Positions 13,044 to 29,324 are shown, numbered from the stretch's first letter. The stretch is 64,000 nt of DNA from Eledone cirrhosa (GCA_964016885.1 OZ024746.1:47616001-47680000); one strand, 5' to 3'. A program made the numbers and translations. Notes: a model not told the origin generated them from the letters alone.

Positions 13044-16000
13044 TTCCCTGCTAGCAAGTGTTGGACATGTCATCACAGATTCATCAGTACTCAAACAGAA
13101 CTTCAGACCTTCAGATGAGCCAGGGGTCTCATATACGATCCTGAGTGCATTTTATTGTGACACTAACACTAGGGAAGTTGTCATGTCTTTGGCACAACAG
13201 AAGAGTCCTCCCAACCCTTTGTTTGGTAGGTCTTTTATGACTAGATACCCTTCCTATTACCAACCACTTTACAGAGTCCTAAGAGATAAAATTGAATGTT
13301 ATTATAGTTCAACAAATCATTTGTTACATAATTCCTCTCACACATTGAATCAATGGAGTTGTATGTTTACAAAGACATATACATTCATTTGTAACAATTT
13401 TAAATTGAATATTTTGTCAATAATCTGAGTGATCTATACATTTCATTAATCTTTTTCTCACTATCATGTCAGTATTTATGAAAGACTGCCAATAAAAATA
13501 TATGTATTGGCTCCACATATCTGTAGAGTAACATTGTGACCAAAGCAAACTCACTTAGCTCATGCAAAGCAAAAAACAAACCCATATCATTCTTGATGCA
13601 TTTGTTCGATATTATTGGCTTGGCTTAGTTACAATTTAAAACAAAAATTTCAATAAATCTAATTTAGAATCATCTTCATCTAACATTTGCCTCTATTTTG
13701 TTCTCAGTATAAGTGTTTTTCCACCAGCAAAGCCAGAATTATAAAGCTTTGGTTGTGTCTGTTAAAAGGTACTTTATTTAGAATTCTTATTTCACTCAGA
13801 TACTTTTCAATAGTTCAAGAGTCCCCAGTTAAAATAATTTAGAATTGTAGGAATCTAAGAGTATAGTTCCAACAGAAAACAGAAGCTAACCTCTTGCAGT
13901 GGTTTACAACAATTTAAAAAGCCACAAGAAATTAGGTGCAATAGTAATGCTTTATAAATTACTTCAATCTTTATTTAGTCTCATAATGATAAAAGTAACA
14001 CAAATGATTATCAAGGAGCCACACAAAAACTGATTTATCTGACTTAATTGATTTGTATTAACCTATGCATACTATTCAATCTATACAGGCATTTTACCTT
14101 CCCATTCTATGGGTCATCTTCAAAGTTAACTTACTGCATCCTCCTAAGACAACCTTTCAGTTATCTAGTCAACGAGGAAGCTGCTCTAGTGGTCACTAGG
14201 TCTACTTGAAATAATAGCCAAATCACCATATCCTTACACAGCCATCGGAGAATTTAATTCTATATATACCTACGTCTGAAGAATGCCCAGTGGAGTGGGG
14301 AACAAAATATTTCACAATTATTGTTTAAACAAAATTGAGAAAAGCGATTTCCCCCCCCACACACAAGCATGAAGCAAGAGAAATGTAAAAGGAAGTGGGG
14401 AAACTGTAATGTTCATGCCTTTCCCAAGGACATTAGCCATATAAATAGAATGGCTCCACTGTAACAAGAAAGGTGAGAGAAATGGCAATTTATTCAATAC
14501 GAATGCGTTAAGAAAAGAGAAATCAGTAAGAAACACATTGTCATAACATACTGCTTTACGTCCAATACCAATTTCCGTCTACAAGCGAAAATGATTGAGC
14601 AACAGACAACTGACCTTCACAGTTCGGTTAGGGTACGTTGACCTAGAAATTTCACTTACGAAAGACTTAATTTAAGCAAATCTTGAGCACGCAAAAAAGG
14701 GAGAAAAAAAACTAAACTCAGGTATATTTATGTTAATATCATCTACTACTATAATACAGATATTGTAATCAATAACAATAAAACTGATTTACACATACAC
14801 ACACACTCACACATATATATTAATATATAATGCCGATTTAAACGTTTGATTTATTTAAATTCAATAAAATGAATGAATATTTTGAAATGAAAATCGTTCC
14901 ACTTTTCTTTTTAAGAAAAAAAAAACTTGTGACATACGAAATATTAAAATTCATAAATCAAATTAACTGGATCGGATATAATAAGTCTATAGAAAGACTG
15001 TTTGAAAAGAGATTTGGTTAGTCTTTTCTTAAAATACCTCTAAGGGAAACTTTGAGTATACAGTGATAACAGAAATAATATGAGAATATGTTTTATGGGA
15101 AGGAAACAAGCGGCTCTCTAGTCGAGTCTGAATATCCCAAATATAAAGGAGAGAAGAAACTGCTGTGAATTCTTTAAAATCACATCATTATAAGTAGCCA
15201 TGTCAGTAAGAGAAATATATATATATATATATATATATAAACTAGAGTCCAGTCAGCAAGCTGGTGATTCGAAACTAGCAGCGTCCCTGAATGTCGATCA
15301 ATAGATTAAATTTATCGTAAAACAGCTAATCTCTAAACGAAAGGTTTATATATACATACATACACACATATATATATATATATACATACACACTGGAAAG
15401 TTTTAAATTTAGGCATTGGCTATAAATTATTAAAATGTGACACCCCTCTCCAACCTTAAATAAAATAAAAACATAAACCTGTAAATAGAGAATTGGAAGA
15501 AATTGATAATTTAAGCTAAAATATCACCACCACACCCTAAACAGGTAGCTGATATCAATATAGACATCCAAAATTAAATAAACGAATTCTGGACATATAT
15601 CTAAAAACATTAAAAGTAATTAACCGAGGTGGAGAAGAGTTTGATTTGACATGATAGCGGTGGTAGTAGCTGGCCTGTCTATTTCGACATTAATAGCATC
15701 TTTACACTAGGTGTCGAGAATACTACTACTACACATTAAACCAAACTAAGTAGGAAGGGCGGGAGACCGACTCCGATACCACTACCATCACCATATCTAC
15801 ATTTAGCTATTCTGTACACGTACAAATCTCACGTACACTCTCAGTTGAGCTGCTGCTGCTACATTTCGGGTAGATTTCATGTTTTGTAACGTTTGAGTGT
15901 TTGTTTGTTTGTTTTCTCATGTTCTTCATTATTGTATTGAAATAAAACCGAATGAGATAATATAACAAACCCCTCGCTGTCAAATCGGTATGATAAACAG

Positions 16001-17377
16001 CTCATAAGACTAATTTTGTTTACAGCTTCTAAGACCAGACTAAAGTAAAACAAGAAAAAAAAAAAAAAACCCACACACAACCTAACCACAACACTTCGTC
16101 CTAGTTTTGGGAGAGAACTGCGTCTTTGTGCAAGTGTATTTATTTATCAAATTGATAAACATTTCTGCCAAACCTTTACGAAACAAATAAATACGGACTC
16201 TTATAAAGATCTTACTGAAGAGATAGAAATATATGAAATACTCTTGCCGTAAAAGTATTATTGTATGTTAGGAAGGAAATTCTCAAAAGTGTAACTTGAT
16301 TTTAGAATTGTTTCGTCCTTTTTTTTTTTTTTTTACATAAAAAAATTTACACACAAGGAAGTATATAAGGTTTTGTGGGCCGGCTACCTAATAATAATTG
16401 TCCTGTTTAGAAGGTAATGGGTTAAGTTTTAGAGGACATCTCCAACACTGCATAAACACATCATCACACATATATATATATATTTATATAATAAAATCTT
16501 CAACTATATATACATATTTAACTAGATAAGTGAGGTAAACATAGGCTTAGAGTACATGTGTGGGAGGAGAGAATTAGTAATGATATTTATAATAACAGCA
16601 ATGAAGCTACTCTGGTATTGCCAGAGAAAGAGAGAAGGGGGAAAAAATCTAACAAAAATAGTAATTTTATAGCAGGCCAGAATAGATCAGGAGTGGAATC
16701 CAACAGTGGAAGGTGGTTAGTTTCCATAGACAAGTGGAAGAGAAGAACGCTTGTTAGACAAGCACGGCTCCCATATTTGTCCGCGTTTAACGGAAACATT
16801 TTTTTTTAGCTTTAGGGATTAATCAAAATAATTCAAGAACAGTTGTTCTTTTTTTAATATTTATATAGTTTTCCTCTGTCCCTCTTAAACAAATAATACA
16901 TTGTTTAATATCAAGATTGATATAAAATATGCTAGTAAAACAATAATTATATGTAATACACCTGAGTTGCACTGTTTGGCAAGTGATTTGAGATTATCTT
17001 GGATAAATACAAATTGATATCTATGTGAGTTGTATTAGTCATAAAGATAGTTATTTTCTCTTTTCGTTTTTAGGGAGTAATATTATTAATAAATATCTAT
17101 ATATATATATATATATATTACTACAGGAAAAATGAATAATTAAACTGTCTGCAATGTGTATTTTTAACAGCTTACATGATTACATTACGCGATGCGAATG
17201 GTTTATATGTGTGTACATTTCTCTATAAAAACACGACGAAAAAGTATTCAATTCAGTAGAGTTAATAAGAACAGCAATAAAATAATAACGAAAAGTGATA
17301 ACGTGAAACGTGGAATAACAGCAGTATAAATTCTCAAGTTCCATAGCTGTTATTACATATATATAGGTATACGTGTG

Positions 17378-17429
<52 letters not shown>

Positions 17430-18546
17430 ATTAAATATATATGTGTGTGTGATTATATATGTGTGTGTGATTATATATTTGTGTGTGTGTGTGGTTATAA
17501 ATGTATGTGTATATATATGATCAGTTTCAATGTTAACAGTCGGGAAGAAGGGTGAGTTACAACGCCAGTGCTACCAGGGACTTCGATTCGATTTGACACG
17601 AAGTTTTACAAAGATGTACACAGTTGAATGCTAGAATTTATAAGTGGAGCTTACCTACATACACCGACTAGTAAATTAAAGTAGTAAAATCATTATGCAG
17701 CTTTTTAAAATATAAAACAAGAAAGCTTACTAACCACAAGGGTCGTCTGCCATACTTGTCGATGTTGAGGTCTTCTGGTCCTAATAATATTTGTAGCGTT
17801 AGTTTCGTAGTAAATATAACTATACAACTTGAAACAACTTATGAGAGGGAGGAGGCGGAAAATTGATTTAATATATATTGCTATATTTTAAATCCCTGAA
17901 AGAATATTTTTTAATATCACCTGGACTGTTGTCTTATTTATCAATTACAATTGTTAATATTACCAAACATTGGAAAATGTTAATCTTTCAAAATTAGGAG
18001 AAATAGAAAAGAAGAAAATTAATTAAAATTTGATTATCTCCCTTGATCAATAAATATTTCACCTTCCCATCCGATGTTTTTTATATACCCTATCAACTAA
18101 AGTATTTTATATATTTTTCTTCTTTTTTTGTGTGATATTATTTTTTTCCGATAACTATCAGCTGTTCCCAATTTATTAAAGATAACTCATGTATAAATTC
18201 CTAAGTTTTTACCTGACAAATAAACAGAATCAATTGATTGACTAAACGCTCATTTGAAGTTACCCTTGAAGTGACTTCGTAACGGTCGTCAGTTAATACT
18301 AGGCGTGCCTAGCGTCTGCTGCTGCTGATTTCTACACCTTTTTCAATTATTAACATTGTCCTTCTGAATTCTTCTCCCCAATTAATTTGCACCCTGAAAA
18401 CAAACCCCTTTTTTGTTTATTTATTTTATTTCATTCATTTATTTATTTTGTATTATCTTATTTCCTTTATTTTCGGGGAAAATCTTTTAAACAGAAACGC
18501 ACGTACGCATATGTAAAGTATACGTATATATATATATATATATATA

Positions 18547-18740
18547 GGAACGAGTAGGACCCCGACGGCTGAGCTCAAGCCGTTTCGACGGCTAATCCTG
18601 GACTAGAATTTATTCCAGAATTAGCCGTCGAAACGGCTTGAGCTCAGCCGTCGGGGTCCTACTCGTTCCTATTACCCACTCTACTACCCTAAGTATTGAG
18701 TACTTTGGTGCGTTATGGTTCACCTGGTTCCTTACCACAT
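18547..18740 (+). mobile_element. Fold-back mini-element family A, copy 1 (hairpin + tail, hammerhead 3' half)
   Basis: Near-perfect ~50-bp inverted arms (18547-18669) followed by a ~70-bp tail, with (TA)n on both sides. Contains GAAA-CGGC-ttgagctca-GCCG-TC. Confidence 0.85.
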
Positions 18741-19322
18741 ATATTATATATATATTATATATATATATTATATATATATTATATATATATATAATATATA
18801 TATTATATATATATATAATATATATATAATATATATATTATATATATATATATAATATATATATTATATATATATATATATAATATATATATTATATATA
18901 TATAATATATATATTATATATATATATATAATAGACAAGTGTACTTCGCAAGAAGGGAAGCAGAGGAAGGTTTAGGAAATTAGTATCGGTGTACATGCAA
19001 CATAATATAAAAGACAGTAAATACAGGTGTGTGCGTGATAATAAAGTTTTACTTCATGGAAGTCAAAGGCATTAAATATAAGGATTTGTTACCCGATGGT
19101 CATAATACAAGGCTGAAGTTGGTAGAGACATCTTAGGCTCTCATCTCAGGCTGCAAGTTGCATTGTGCTTGGGAACGAAAGGGTCGTCAAGAAGGAATCA
19201 TCACAAGCTAAGGTCGAAGGTGTTACCACTTCAGGAATCAGGAGGCGAGAGAGATATTATATATATATATATATAATATATATATTATATATATATATAT
19301 AATATATATTATATATATATAA

Positions 19323-21436
19323 TAGACAAGTGTACTTCGCAAGAAGGGAAGCAGAGGAAAGAAAGTTCAAGCATGTACTACAACGCGAGGACCAAAAACG
19401 TGAGGTGTTCAGGATTGCTAGGCAATGTGTCAAGGAAAGCCGTGATATTGTCGGGGAGAAGTGTGTACTTAATGATGACGGCATACTTGCCATCACCGAC
19501 GCTGATAAGAAGGTAGCTTGGAAGTGTCACTACGAAAGGCTACTAAATGAGGAGAATAAATGGGAGAAAGAAAGTCTCCCCCACATCGACCCAATAGAGG
19601 GACCAGCAGTGTTAGTCGAGGGTAGTATAATAAGTAAGGCAATCAAAGATATGAAGACGGGTAAGGCGGCTGGGCCTTCGGAAATAGTTGCTGAGATGCT
19701 GAAGGCATCTGGTACAGTGGGACACACCATGGTTACCCGGATAGTTAACCAAGTCGTACAGAATGGGGTTGTTCAGAAGGACTGGCGTAACAGCATCATC
19801 GTTAACTGTTATAAGGGTAAAGGAGATGCCCTAGATAGGAGTAACTATAGAGGCATTAAATTAATCGACCAGGTCATGAAGGTCACGGAAAAAGTAATAG
19901 CGCAACTAATCAGAGAGAGAATTGATCTAGATGAAATGCAGTTCGGGTTTGTGTCAGGGAAAAGTACCACAGACGCTCTTTTCATTGTACGACAACTACA
20001 GGAGAAGTACTTAGCTAAAAGTAAACCCCTATACTTAGCTTTTGTTGACTTGGAGTTCAAGACCGGCTGCCCATGGGAACTCCTATACACAGATGACCTA
20101 ACACTCATAGCTGAACCAATGGCCGAGCTAGAGAAGATATTCCAAGCATGGAAGCACGGCCTAGAATCAAAAGGCCTTAAAATTAACCTGGCTAAGACTA
20201 AAGTTCTAGTTTGCAAGAAAGAAAATAAGGCGGCAGTCCCTTCCGGGAAGTGGCCATGCTCAGTGTGTAGGAAAGGCGTAGGTAGAAACTCCATTTTGTG
20301 TCCCAAATGCAAAGTATGGGTGCATAAAAGATGTAGTGGGATCACAGGTAAGTTAACTAAGAACATAGATTTTACATGTGGCCGGTGCTCTGGTGCAATA
20401 AGTAGCAGCAAGTGCCCACATATATACTAGCTCTTTAAACTGCGCAGAGGGTTCTATAGAAATAGTGGACAGCTTCCGTTACCTGGGTGACAAAATCAGC
20501 AGTGGGGGAGGGTGCTCTAAAAGTAAAGTAGCTGGAGTCAGAACTGGATGGAAAAAGTTCAGAGAGCTTATACCACTATTAGCCGCTACTGGGTTCTCCC
20601 TAAAAATGAAAGGCAGGTTGTATGATGCCTGCATACGAACAGCAATGTTGCATGGCAGTGAGACCTGGGCATTGTGTGCAGAGGATATACGCAGACTAGA
20701 GCGGAACGAAGCTTGCATGCTCCGCTGGATGTGTAATAGTAATATACGTGAACGGCAAAGCATAAACGAACTAAGGAAAAAATTAGAAATAAGAGGGATC
20801 AGATGTTGTTTACTCGAGAGAAGGCTACGTTGGTATGGTCACGTGATGCGCATGAAAAACGATAGCTGTATAACAAAGTGCAGGGCAATAAAGATAGACG
20901 GTAGCCGCGGAGTAGGCAGACCCAGAAAAACCTGGGATGAGCTGATAAATTCCGACCTCACACACTTACACCTCTCCAAGACAATGTCACTGGACCGAGA
21001 CCTTTGGCGGTACTCAGTAATAGAGAAGACCCGCCTTAGCTAAATACAAAGTAAAACCTACTACAGTCAGTAGGCATCTCTAACAATATACACCCCCGTC
21101 CCACCCACCCCACCCCATCCACACCGCCCCTTTCAATGTAAAGTTATGTTGGTGCCACAACATCCAGGCCGAAACAAATGAGATCGTGTAGGTGTCACGA
21201 CAAAAAAACACACAGTCCACGCTGTAATGTGGCCGTGTAGGCAACACGGTAAAAACCTCCCAGCCCCACACTGTAAATGTGGTTGGTGTTAGGAAGGGCA
21301 TCCAGCTGTACAAAACCCGCCAGACAGTCCTATGCGAGCAAGACAATCACTCTTGCCTCAAGTGGGAAAACCCCCGTCCAAACCCATGCAAGCGTGGAAC
21401 ACGGACATTAAACGTTCATGATGATAATGATGATGA
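19323..21436 (+). mobile_element. 5'-truncated, internally deleted RTE-clade LINE with a Cys/His finger insertion
   Basis: ORFs 19330-20430 and 20465-21043 show the RT motifs KAAGPS, NYRGIKL, QFGF, LAFVDLE and LLYTDD, plus FRYLG, HGSETW, RRLRWYGHV and GRPRKTW. The 3' UTR ends in (GAT)n. Confidence 0.95.
19330..21043 (+). pseudogene. Reverse transcriptase pseudo-ORF of the RTE LINE
   Basis: The RT core is deleted at ~20055 (LAFVDLE joined directly to FKTGCPWELLYTDD, KAFD and QG motifs missing). There is a frameshift near 20410-20465. Confidence 0.9.
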
Positions 21437-22130
21437 TATATAATATATATATTATATATATATATATAATATATATATTATATATATAATATATAATATA
21501 TATATTATATATATAATATATAATATATATATTATATATATAATATATATAATATATATATTATATATATATATATAATATATATATATATAATATATAC
21601 ATTATATATATATATATAATATATATATTATATATATATATATAATATATATATTATATATATATATATAATATATATATTATATATATATAATATATAT
21701 GTTATATATATATATATAATATATATATTATATATATATAATATATATATTATATATATAGTATTTACGTATCGAGAAAGAGAGAAAAAGGAGGGATAGG
21801 TGATACATATAGTTATTTGCCAAGTAGCGTATGCCATATATATAATATATATATAATATATATATTATATATATATTATATATATATATATTATATATAT
21901 ATTATATATATATATATAATATATATTATATATATATAATATATATTATATATATATAATATATATATTATATATATATAATATATATATTATATATATA
22001 TATAATATATATATTATATATATATATATAATATATATATTATATATATATATAATATATATATTATATATATATAATATATATATTATATATATATATA
22101 TATAATATATATATTATATATATATAATAT

Positions 22131-22335
22131 ATATTTATTAAAATAACAGTTTAAAGTTTAAGCAAAGAATTGCTGCTTTCACCCTTAACGGATCTTCTGA
22201 AACTATAGGGTGAAAGCAGCGATTCTTTGCTTAAACTTTAATCTGTTATTTTAATAAATATTTGCTCTACGGTTCTTATATATTTGATATATATTTTCCT
22301 TATCGAGCCCTCTTTGGATTTTAGTCTTCAATTTT
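22131..22335 (+). mobile_element. Fold-back mini-element family B (55-bp arms + tail)
   Basis: Arms at 22131-22185 and 22207-22261. The right arm has GAAA-GCA-gcgattctt-TGC-TT. The tail recurs alone at ~47533-47610. Confidence 0.75.
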
Positions 22336-22500
22336 ATTATTATTACTATTATTATTATTATTATTAATATATAATATATATATATATATAATATATATAT
22401 TATATATATATATAATATATATATATAATATATATATAATATATATATATATAATATATACATTATATATATATAATATATATATTATATATATATATAT

Positions 22501-22664
22501 GGTAGGGGGTCAGATATGCTTTCCAGCATAGTTACGTCCCTTTACGATCTGAGTTCAAATCCCGCCGAGGTTAACTTTGCCTTTCATCCTTACGAGGTCG
22601 ATAAAATAAAGTACCAGTAATGTACTGGGTAATTGCTGGCCTTGTGCCAAAAGTAGAAACAATT
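22501..22664 (+). mobile_element. tRNA-derived SINE with Deu/Nin core
   Basis: B-box gagttcaaatccc followed by gcctttcatccttacgaggtcgataaaataaagtaccag and a tail ending gtagaaacaatta. Many copies occur in this window. Confidence 0.88.
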
Positions 22665-22982
22665 ATATATATATATATAATATATATATTATATATATAT
22701 ATATAATATATATATATATATAATATATATATATATTATATATATATATATATTATATATATATATATAATATATATATTATATATATATATATAATATA
22801 TATTGTTATATTTTGGGAGGGTCATGTTGCCAATAAGAAACACATGCACCAGTAGCTTTCACAAATTCAGAAACGAAATATAATATATATATTATATATA
22901 TATATATAATATATATATTATATATATATATATAATATATATATTATATATATATATATAATATATATATTATATATATATA

Positions 22983-23279
22983 ACAGTCCACGCTGTAATG
23001 TGGCCGTGTAGGTAACACGGTAAAAACCCACACTGTAAATGTGGTTGGTGTTAGGAAGAGCATCCAGCTGTAGAAAACCCGCCAGACAGTCCACGCTGTA
23101 ATGTGGACATGTAGGAAACACGGTAAAAACCTCCCAGCTCCACACTGTAAATGTGGTTGGTGTTAGGAAGGGCATCCAACTGTAGAAAACCCGCCAGACA
23201 ACCACTCTTGCCTCAAGTGGGAAACTCCCGTCCAAACCCATGCAAGCGTGGAACATGGACGTTAAACGATGATGATGAT
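22983..23279 (+). mobile_element. RTE LINE 3' UTR fragment with internal ~105-bp tandem duplication
   Basis: Closely matches 21212-21436. acagtccacgctgtaatgtgg...aaacccgccag occurs twice, and the fragment ends in (GAT)n. Confidence 0.9.
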
Positions 23280-25524
23280 ATATATTATATATATATATAA
23301 TATATATATTATATATATATAATATATATAATATATATATAATATATATATTATATATATATATATAATATATATTATATATATATATATAATATATATA
23401 TTATATATATATATATTATATATATATAATATATATATTATATATATATATAATATATATATAATATATAATATATTATATATATTATATATATATATAT
23501 TATATATATTATATATATATATATTATATATATTATATATATATATATTATATATATATTATATATATATTATATATATATATATTATATATATTATATA
23601 TATATATATTATATATATTATATATATATATATTATGTATATTATATATATATATATTATATATATATATTATGTATATTATATATATATATATTATATA
23701 TATTATATATATATATATTATGTATATTATATATATATATATTATGTATATTATATATATATATATATTATGTATATTAGATATATATATATTAGATATA
23801 TTATATATATATATATTATATATATTATATATATATATATAATATATATATTATATATATATATATTATATATATATAATATATATATTATATATATATA
23901 TATAATATATATTATATATATATATATAATATATATATTATATATATATAATATATCTATAATATATATATTATATATCTATAATATATATATTATATAT
24001 ATATAATATAAATATTATATATATATAATATATATATTATATATATATAATATATATATTATATATATATAATATATATATTATATATATATAATATATA
24101 TATTATATATATATAATATATATATTATATATAATATATATAATATATATATATAATATATATAATATATATATTATATATAATATATATAATATATATA
24201 TTATATACAATATATATAATATATATATTATATATAATATATATAATATATAATATATATATTATATATAATATATATAATATATATATATAATATATAT
24301 ATTATATATAATATATATAATATATATATATAATATATATATTATATATATATAATATATATATTATATATATATAATATATATATTATATATATATAAT
24401 ATATATATTATATATATATAATATATATATTATATATATATAATATATATATTATATATATATAATATATATATTATATATATATTATATATATTATATA
24501 TATATAATATATATATTATATATATATAATATATATATTATATATATATTATATATATATAATATATATATAATATACATAATATATATATATATAATAT
24601 ACATGATATATATATATATAATATACATAATATATATATATATAATATATATAATATAAATATATATAATATATATAATATATATATATATAATATATAT
24701 AATATATATATATATAATATATATAATATATATATAATATATATAATATATATATATCTAATATACATAATATATATATATATATAATATACATAATATA
24801 TATATATATAATATACATAATATATATATATATAATATATATAATATATATATATATAATATACATAATATATATATATAATATATATATATATAATATA
24901 CATAATATATATATATATAATATATATAATATATATATATATAATATATATAATATATATATATATAATATATATATAATATATATATAATATATATATA
25001 TATAATATATATAATATATATATATATAATATATATAATATATATATATATAATATATATAATATATATATATATAATATATATAATATATATATATATA
25101 ATATATATAATATATATTATATATATATATATAATATATATAATATATATAATATATATATATATATAATATATATAATATATATATATATAATATTGAT
25201 AATATATATATATATAATATATATAATATATATATATAATATATATAATATATATATATATAATATATATAATATATATAATATATATATATAATATATA
25301 TAATATATATTATATATATATATATTATGTATATTATATATATATTATGTATATTATATATATATAATATATATATATATATAATATATATAATATATAT
25401 ATATATAATATATATATAATATATATAATAATATATATATATATAATATATATAATATATATATATATAATATATATATAATATATATAATATATATATA
25501 TAATATATATATAATATATATAAT

Positions 25525-25577
<53 letters not shown>

Positions 25578-25583
25578 ATATAT

Positions 25584-25615
<32 letters not shown>

Positions 25616-25689
25616 ATATATATATATATATAATATATATATATATATATAATATATTTATATATAATATATATATATATATATAATAT

Positions 25690-25744
<55 letters not shown>

Positions 25745-25914
25745 TATATATAATATATAAATATATATATATAAATATATATATATAATATATATATATA
25801 TAATATATATATATAATATATATATATATAATATATATATATAACATATATATATAATATAATATATATATATATAATATATATACATATATAATATATA
25901 TATATATATAATAT

Positions 25915-25945
<31 letters not shown>

Positions 25946-26066
25946 CTATATATAATATATATATATATATATATAATATATATATATATAATATATATCT
26001 ATATATAATATATATATATATATATAATATATATATATATATATAATATATATCTATATATAATAT

Positions 26067-26098
<32 letters not shown>

Positions 26099-26208
26099 AT
26101 ATATATATATAATATATATCTATATATAATATATATATATATATAATATATATATATATATATAATATATATATATAATATATATCTATATATAATATAT
26201 ATATATAT

Positions 26209-26278
<70 letters not shown>

Positions 26279-26280
26279 AT

Positions 26281-26314
<34 letters not shown>

Positions 26315-26359
26315 ATATATATATATATAATATATATATATAATATATATATATATGTA

Positions 26360-26418
<59 letters not shown>

Positions 26419-26571
26419 ATATATATATATATAATATATATATATATATATAATATATATATATATAATATATATCTATATATAATATATATATATATAT
26501 AATATATATATATATAATATATATATATATATAATATATATATATAATATATATCTATATATAATATATAT

Positions 26572-26603
<32 letters not shown>

Positions 26604-26639
26604 ATATATATATATAATATATATCTATATATAATATAT

Positions 26640-26671
<32 letters not shown>

Positions 26672-26718
26672 ATATATATATATAATATATATCTATATAT
26701 AATATATATATATATACA

Positions 26719-26750
<32 letters not shown>

Positions 26751-26777
26751 TATATATATAATATATATATATATAAT

Positions 26778-26828
<51 letters not shown>

Positions 26829-26937
26829 TATATATATAATATATATAATATATATATATATATAATATATATATATATAATATATATATATAATATATAT
26901 ATAATATATATATATAATATATATATATATATAATAT

Positions 26938-26971
<34 letters not shown>

Positions 26972-26990
26972 ATATATATATATATATAAT

Positions 26991-27033
<43 letters not shown>

Positions 27034-27111
27034 TATATATATAATATATATAATATATATATATATATCGATATATATATATATAATATATATCTATATA
27101 TAATATATATC

Positions 27112-27153
<42 letters not shown>

Positions 27154-27469
27154 TATATAATATATATAATATATATATATATATAATATATATATATATA
27201 ATATATATCTATATATATATATAATATATATATATATATATAATATATATATATATAATATATATCTATATATAATATATATATATATATATAATATATA
27301 TACATATAATATATATCTATATATAATATATATATATATATAATATATATATATATATAATATATATATATATAATATATATCTATATATATATATAATA
27401 TATATATATATATAATATATATATATATAATATATATCTATATATAATATATATCTATATATAATATAT

Positions 27470-27501
<32 letters not shown>

Positions 27502-27560
27502 ATATATATCTATATATAATATATATATATATATAATATATATATATATATATAGTATAT

Positions 27561-27611
<51 letters not shown>

Positions 27612-27661
27612 TATATATATAATATATATATATATATAATACATATATATATATATATATA

Positions 27662-27696
<35 letters not shown>

Positions 27697-27719
27697 ATAT
27701 ATATATATATATAATATAT

Positions 27720-27753
<34 letters not shown>

Positions 27754-27782
27754 ATATATATATAAATATATATAATATATAT

Positions 27783-27825
<43 letters not shown>

Positions 27826-27872
27826 TATAAATATATATAATATATATATATATATATATAATATATATATAA

Positions 27873-27904
<32 letters not shown>

Positions 27905-27998
27905 ATATATATATAAATATATATAATATATATATATATATAATATATATATAAATATATATAATATATATACATATATATATATAATATATATGTAA

Positions 27999-28030
<32 letters not shown>

Positions 28031-28272
28031 ATATATATATAAATATATATATAATATATATATAAATATATATATAATATATATATAAATATATATATAA
28101 TATATATATAAATATATATATAATATATATATAAATATATATAATATATATATAAATATATATAATATATATATATATATATAATATATATATATATATA
28201 ATATATATATATATATGTATAATATATATATATATATATAATATATATATATAATATATATAATATATATAT

Positions 28273-28304
<32 letters not shown>

Positions 28305-28310
28305 ATATAT

Positions 28311-28363
<53 letters not shown>

Positions 28364-28444
28364 ATATATATATATATATATAATATATATATATAATATA
28401 TATAATATATATATATATATATATAATATATATATATAATATAT

Positions 28445-28487
<43 letters not shown>

Positions 28488-28558
28488 TATATATATAATA
28501 TATATATATATATATAATATATATATATATATAATATATATATATATATAATATATAT

Positions 28559-28821
<263 letters not shown>

Positions 28822-28849
28822 ATATATATAATATATATATATATATATA

Positions 28850-28890
<41 letters not shown>

Positions 28891-28926
28891 TAATATATAT
28901 ATATATATATATAATATATATAATAT

Positions 28927-28994
<68 letters not shown>

Positions 28995-29324
28995 TATATA
29001 TAATATATATATATATAATAATATATATATATATAATATATATATATATATAAATATATAATATATATATATATAATATATATATATATAATAATATATA
29101 CAATATAAACAGTTTAATTATTATATATTTAATATATATAATAATATATATATATATAATATATATATATATAATATATATAATATATATATATATAATA
29201 TATATAATATATATATTTATATATATATAATATATATTTATATATATATAATATATATAATATATATATATATAATATATAATATATATATATAATATAT
29301 ATAATATATATATATAATATATAT

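Noticed and set aside
15830-15880. ATG...MKSTRNVAAAAQLRV as MPI exon 1
   Set aside because: The plausible GT donors are phase 0, but the 2324 acceptor needs phase 1.
18547-18740. Family A as CRISPR repeats, rho-independent terminators or pre-miRNA genes
   Set aside because: The context is eukaryotic, the copies are dispersed without spacers, they are always in TA tracts, and they carry an asymmetric tail.
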